In this document: piece by piece, positions 59,350 through 64,000 of the stretch
How the letters are laid out: every line of letters starts with the position of its first letter
Position numbering within the stretch: the stretch's first letter is position 1
Assembly: GCA_951406725.2 (NCBI GenBank)
Contig: OX597814.1
Span: 2,418,001 to 2,482,000, forward strand
Direction: 5' to 3'
DNA length: 64,000 nt
Source of the DNA: Octopus vulgaris
Taxonomy: Eukaryota
The notes under the pieces: generated by a model
Told to the model about the DNA's origin: nothing
What the model saw: only the letters and a program-made list of their open reading frames with translations
Databases searched by the model: none
Made by a program: the position numbers and the translations under genes

Positions 59350-59927
59350 TATTGGCATCAAATTTTGGCACAAGGCAAGCATGTTCAGGGGGTGGGGTAA
59401 GCCGACTACATCGCCCCCCGCTATTTCTCAACTGGTATTTATTTTATAGACCCCAAAATGATGAATGGTAAAGTCGACGTCTGTGGAATTTGAACCCAGA
59501 ACTTTAAGACGGACGAAATACCTATTTCTTTACTACCCACAGGGGAACTAAACACAGAGGGAGAGACAAACGGATTAAGTCGATTACATCGACCCCAGTG
59601 CGTAAATGGTACTTAATTTATCGACCCCAAAAGGATGAAAGGCAAATTCGACCTCGGCGGAATTTGAACTCAGAACGTAACGGCAGACGAAATACCTATT
59701 TCTTTACTACCCACGAGGGGCTAAACACACAGGGGACAAATAAGGACAGACAAACGAATCAAGTCGATTATATCGACCCCAGTGCGTAACTGGTACTTAT
59801 TTAATCGTCCCCGAAGAAATGAAAGGCAAAGATGACCTCGGCGGAATTTGAACTCAGAACGTAACGCTGACGAAATACCGCTAAACATTTCACCCGGCGT
59901 GCTAACATTTCTGTCAGCTCGTCGCCT
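59350..59927 (-). mobile_element. SINE family B trimer (head-[body-tail1]x2-body-tail2)
   Basis: Same junction sequence at 59522/59523 and 59696/59697; ~174-bp period. Confidence 0.88.
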
Positions 59928-60245
59928 TAAGTATAAAGTAAATATTAACATGTTAACACCGAGGCATGGCGCCCGAGTAACAAACTAACGGCAGTCATTG
60001 ATTATTGTAAATAATTTGGTGTTAAAGATCAGAATTTAATATGCTGCTATGACGATGGCGACAGTAGCAGCGCCATTACCAGGATTTCTTGCTACCCTCT
60101 GTACAAAGGAAAATTTGCAATAAATACCTCTAAAAGTAAGCGATTTTTGTAGAATCGGAATGTCTTGAAATATTGATGGAAATGAACTACTACTGTCAGA
60201 CACTAAACCTTTTTCTATTTTCTCTCCCTGTGTATTTCTGTGTTC

Positions 60246-60281
60246 CTTTCTGTCGAAGAGCGTAGGCTCGAAACGTAAAAG
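60246..60281 (+). ncRNA. Atypical hammerhead-like motif (CUGUCGA core)
   Basis: CUUU-CUGUCGA-A-GAGC-GUAG-GCUC-GAAAC-GUA^AAAG. All stems pair; A6 is replaced by U. Confidence 0.6.
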
Positions 60282-60393
60282 TCTTTCTCACTCCCCAAGC
60301 GTTAAACTAACACATCGGTTTGTTGTTTACACACCCGTCTTCGTTTTTTGTTTTTTCGTTAATTCTCACCAATATTACTACATTTACTACTTT

Positions 60394-60437
<44 letters not shown>

Positions 60438-61620
60438 TAATTATCAATATAATGTCTGTACTATAACACATACTGCTGCTATCATTACTAACGCTAATAG
60501 AAGGGAGATTCAAAGAAAGAAAACAGAATGAAAAGAAAAGGAGGAAAGAAAATTCTTAAACGGGTTACTCGACTTGCTAAAACTAGCAGCTAAATGTCCC
60601 TTCTAGCATACTGTCTTAACAAAATGGAAGAATACAATGAATGGTGATGTCTTATGTCTGTCCGGACGAAAGAGAATGTTAATTGGTTGAACGAGTTGGA
60701 TAACCGGTTTGCTGCTTAGACGCTCAATCTGGCTAAAGAACGACCACGTTGGATATGGAGATGACGATGATGATGATAATGATGACGTTGATGAGGAAGA
60801 GGAGGGGGAAGGGGAAAGAAGTTAGTGATGGTAGTGATGCTGCTATTGATGATGATGATAATGAAGCTGATGATGATGATGATGAGATGGAGGACAGCGA
60901 CGACGATGAGAGTAAAAAAAGACATTAACAAAAAACTATGTTAGAGACAAGAACAACATAACAAAAATAAGAAAATATTATCAGCGATTATAACATTAGC
61001 AGCAACAACAACAACAACAACAACAACATTAGCAACAACAACAAAAATAACATTACGAGCAACAACAACAACAACAACAACGGCAACATTAGCAACAACG
61101 AAAATGGAATCGAAATTAAAAGGAAAAGTAAAAGTAGGTGGAAAAAAGAAAAACTCGTTCAGCAAATTAATGCTAAAGACAACACAATTCATAGTCGGTG
61201 TAAAAAGTCTGAGGACTTGTTCTTCGCCAAAATAATATTTCTTGGTGCCAGTCATTGTAAATTGGATGATCCAATAATATATAGAGAGAAGTGTCTCTTT
61301 CACACCTCCCTGGCGCTGTCTTTCATCTGTGATTCAATTCCTAACACTGGAACATATATCTACCATTCTTCATTTCATTCCGCTGCTCTTTTATTGCAGT
61401 TCACTTCAGAAGGAAAAGAAAAAAAGTTCTTATAATTCGAATCTTTCTGATTATTCTTTTTAGTTGTAACCCCCGCCACCACCACCGCCGCCGCCGCCGT
61501 CGCCAACACCACCAACACCACCACCGCCGCCACCACTAAAAATACCCGCGAAAATTATAATAATGATAATGATGATGACAACGACGACGACGATAATAAT
61601 AGTAGTGGTAGTAGTAGTAA

Positions 61621-61673
<53 letters not shown>

Positions 61674-61740
61674 AGAAGAAGAAAATAAGAAAGCCTCATA
61701 TTCAGTTACAAAATAGGCAAAGGAATATCTAAGTGAATTG

Positions 61741-61893
61741 AGTGGTAAGTAGCTTGCTTAACAACCACATGGTTCCGGGTTCAGTCCCATTGCATGGCAC
61801 CTTGGGCAAGAGTCTTCTACTATAGCCTCGAGCCGACCAAAGCCTTGTGAGTGGATTTGGTAGTGGGAAACTGAAAGAAGCCCGTCGTATATA

Positions 61894-61948
<55 letters not shown>

Positions 61949-62158
61949 ATATGTTTGTGTGTGTGTGTTTGTCCCCCCAACATCGCTTGACAATTGATGC
62001 TGGTGTGTTTACGTCCCCGTAACCTAGTGGGTCGGCAAAAGATACCGATAGAATAAGTACTAGGCTTACAAAGAATAAGTCCAGGGGTCGATTTGCTCGA
62101 CTAAAGGTGGTGCTCCAGCATGGCCGCAGTCAAATGACTGAAACAAGTAAAAGAGTAA
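61741..62158 (+). mobile_element. SINE family A
   Basis: Near-complete copy. Confidence 0.9.
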
Positions 62159-62239
62159 ATTCCAGAATTAGACATATTGGAAGCAAGCACAGAAAAGAAC
62201 CAGCTAAGCGTATGAAAACCCGTGTTAAAACTTCTACCT

Positions 62240-63188
62240 TATAAATGGTAAGAAAACCCTCTCAATGGCAAATATCCAAAGAGAGATAATAGTGCCATGA
62301 TTAGGGTCTTCTGGCTTCAAATCACAAGGGTTTATCATAACAGCCCAAGATCAATGTCTGCCTACATGTAACTACCAGGCCAACATATTAAAGAACGGGG
62401 TCTGAGAAAATATTTTGTAGAGAATAAAGAAATATAATCGGCAACCAAATATACCCCAAAAGTAACCAAAACAGTAGGAGGGTGCACTCGGCACCGCCTC
62501 CACCCCACAAATGCTATCTAAGAGTGTAAAAGAAATCGGAACTTAAACTTGCATTGTTGACCCACAGAAAAGTACTTTTCTATATTCTGCAGGAATCCTA
62601 AGAATGATTTTTGAAATTTGAGGAGATTGAGGAGTTACCAAATATCAAGAAGATACCAACAACAACAATAACAACAACAACGATGACAAGAAGAACAATA
62701 AAATGTAGCGTGGACAAACCCCAGGAGTCACCGAGAATAAAAATTGCAAAATCCTGTGGGATGCAATGATTCAGTGCGATTACCTGATTAGATATCCGTA
62801 ACCGGATATATTAGTGGTGAGAAAAAAAAGAAAGAAAGAATATGCTTGATAATCAACAGAGCATGTTTTGGTCACAACAGGATTAAAAAGAAGAAAATAT
62901 GACGATTTGAAGTGGGAAATACGAAGGTTGTGGTCAATGAAGAGAGTAGATGGGATAGCAATAATAATTGGTGTACTTGGAAGTATCTGCACTCAACTAC
63001 CAACATGGCTGGAAAAGATTGGCGCAGGTGTGAAGGTAGAACACCTACTTGGAATTTGGAATTGCAAGAATTCTTTGCAGGGTTCCTGAAGCATGACCAG
63101 TAAACAAATGTCACCTCAGTCCGCTGGCTGTGGACAGCTGATGCTTTCTATCATACCCAGCAAAATAAGCTGTGAGTTTTCATCGCAT

Positions 63189-63239
<51 letters not shown>

Positions 63240-63365
63240 AATAATAAAGCTTGCATATAAAAGACTACCAGGTTAACGTTCTTCAAAACGGTTCTGACCC
63301 TAAACGCAGATTCTGCGGCACATTTGATGAAACAATAAACCATCTCATCTCGGGATGTCCTGTGT
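62240..63365 (+). mobile_element. Cluster of diverged R4/Dong-like fragments separated by (CAA/TAA)n
   Basis: IITAQDQCLPT (62330s); KILWDAMIQCD..PDI..KYDDLKWEIRRLW..IIIGVLG (62740-63000); FCGTFDETINHLISGCP (63310-63362). Confidence 0.8.
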
Positions 63366-63453
63366 CATGATGGGTATACAGGGCTTCATATATTTTACCC
63401 CAATGTCACATTGATGGCATGCACTGCTCTCACTCAATAATAATAATAATAAT

Positions 63454-64000
63454 ACCAGAAATTACCAAAAACATGTAATGAAAAGAAATATAACAAGTAA
63501 CTGCAGAATATGTGGAGATGGACAAGAAACAATAAATCATATTATCTCTAGCTGCCCAGTCCTGGCTAAGAAGGAATATATTCTCAGACATGACAGAGTT
63601 GGAACCTACATACATTGGAAGCTATGCCAACATTATGGAATAACAACAGAAAAAAGATGGTATAGGCACACACCAGAAAAGGTCACAGAAAACGAGAAAG
63701 CAACCATACTCTGGGATATGCCGATACACACAGATAGAGAAATTAAGGCCAACAGACCAGATATAGTTGTCAGAGATCACGAAGAAAAAAAATGCTTTCT
63801 AATTGATGTATCAATACCGGCAGATGACAGCGTGTCTCTAAAAGAAATGGAGAAACTCTCAAAATACAAAGACCTGGAAATAGAGGTAACTCGAATGTGG
63901 AATCTGAAAGCAGAAACAATTCCTATCATAGTAGGTGCATTAGGTACTGTAGGTGCACTAGGTGCACTACTAGGCACTGCACACACACTGTCCATACAAT
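63454..64000 (+). mobile_element. R4/Dong element (CCHC knuckle + RLE), starting at an (AAT)n tract
   Basis: CRICGDGQETINHIISSC..RHDRVGTYIHW..NRPDIV..EKLSKY. Near-identical to 7928-8278. Confidence 0.92.

Noticed and set aside
59500-59880. CRISPR-like or regularly spaced repeat array
   Set aside because: Eukaryotic SINE multimer; no unique spacers and no cas genes.

Overview
Repeat-dense, AT-rich eukaryotic DNA. The SINE families and microsatellite load look to me like a coleoid cephalopod, probably Octopus (inference from recall, not database-checked). I recognise no host protein-coding gene; nearly all listed ORFs are microsatellite artefacts. The window holds microsatellites, at least four tRNA-derived SINE families, RTE, CR1-like, Tx1-like and R4/Dong LINE fragments, mariner/Tigger/Tc2-like remnants and MITEs, four non-autonomous Helitrons, and two Neptune-type Penelope-like elements (PLEs). 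The strongest hidden signal is about 15 type I hammerhead ribozyme (HHR) motifs or remnants from several unrelated families. Many sit in fold-back inserts inside (TA)n. One element has a 13-bp TSD and joins a tRNA-like Pol III head to (AAT)n and an HHR tail, i.e. a candidate PLE-mobilised ribozyme SINE. One family has an atypical CUGUNGA core. A second signal is a SINE with a Tx1-like tail that always inserts before GGTATT, a motif in its own head, building self-nested arrays. All structures were read by eye and need computational and experimental confirmation.
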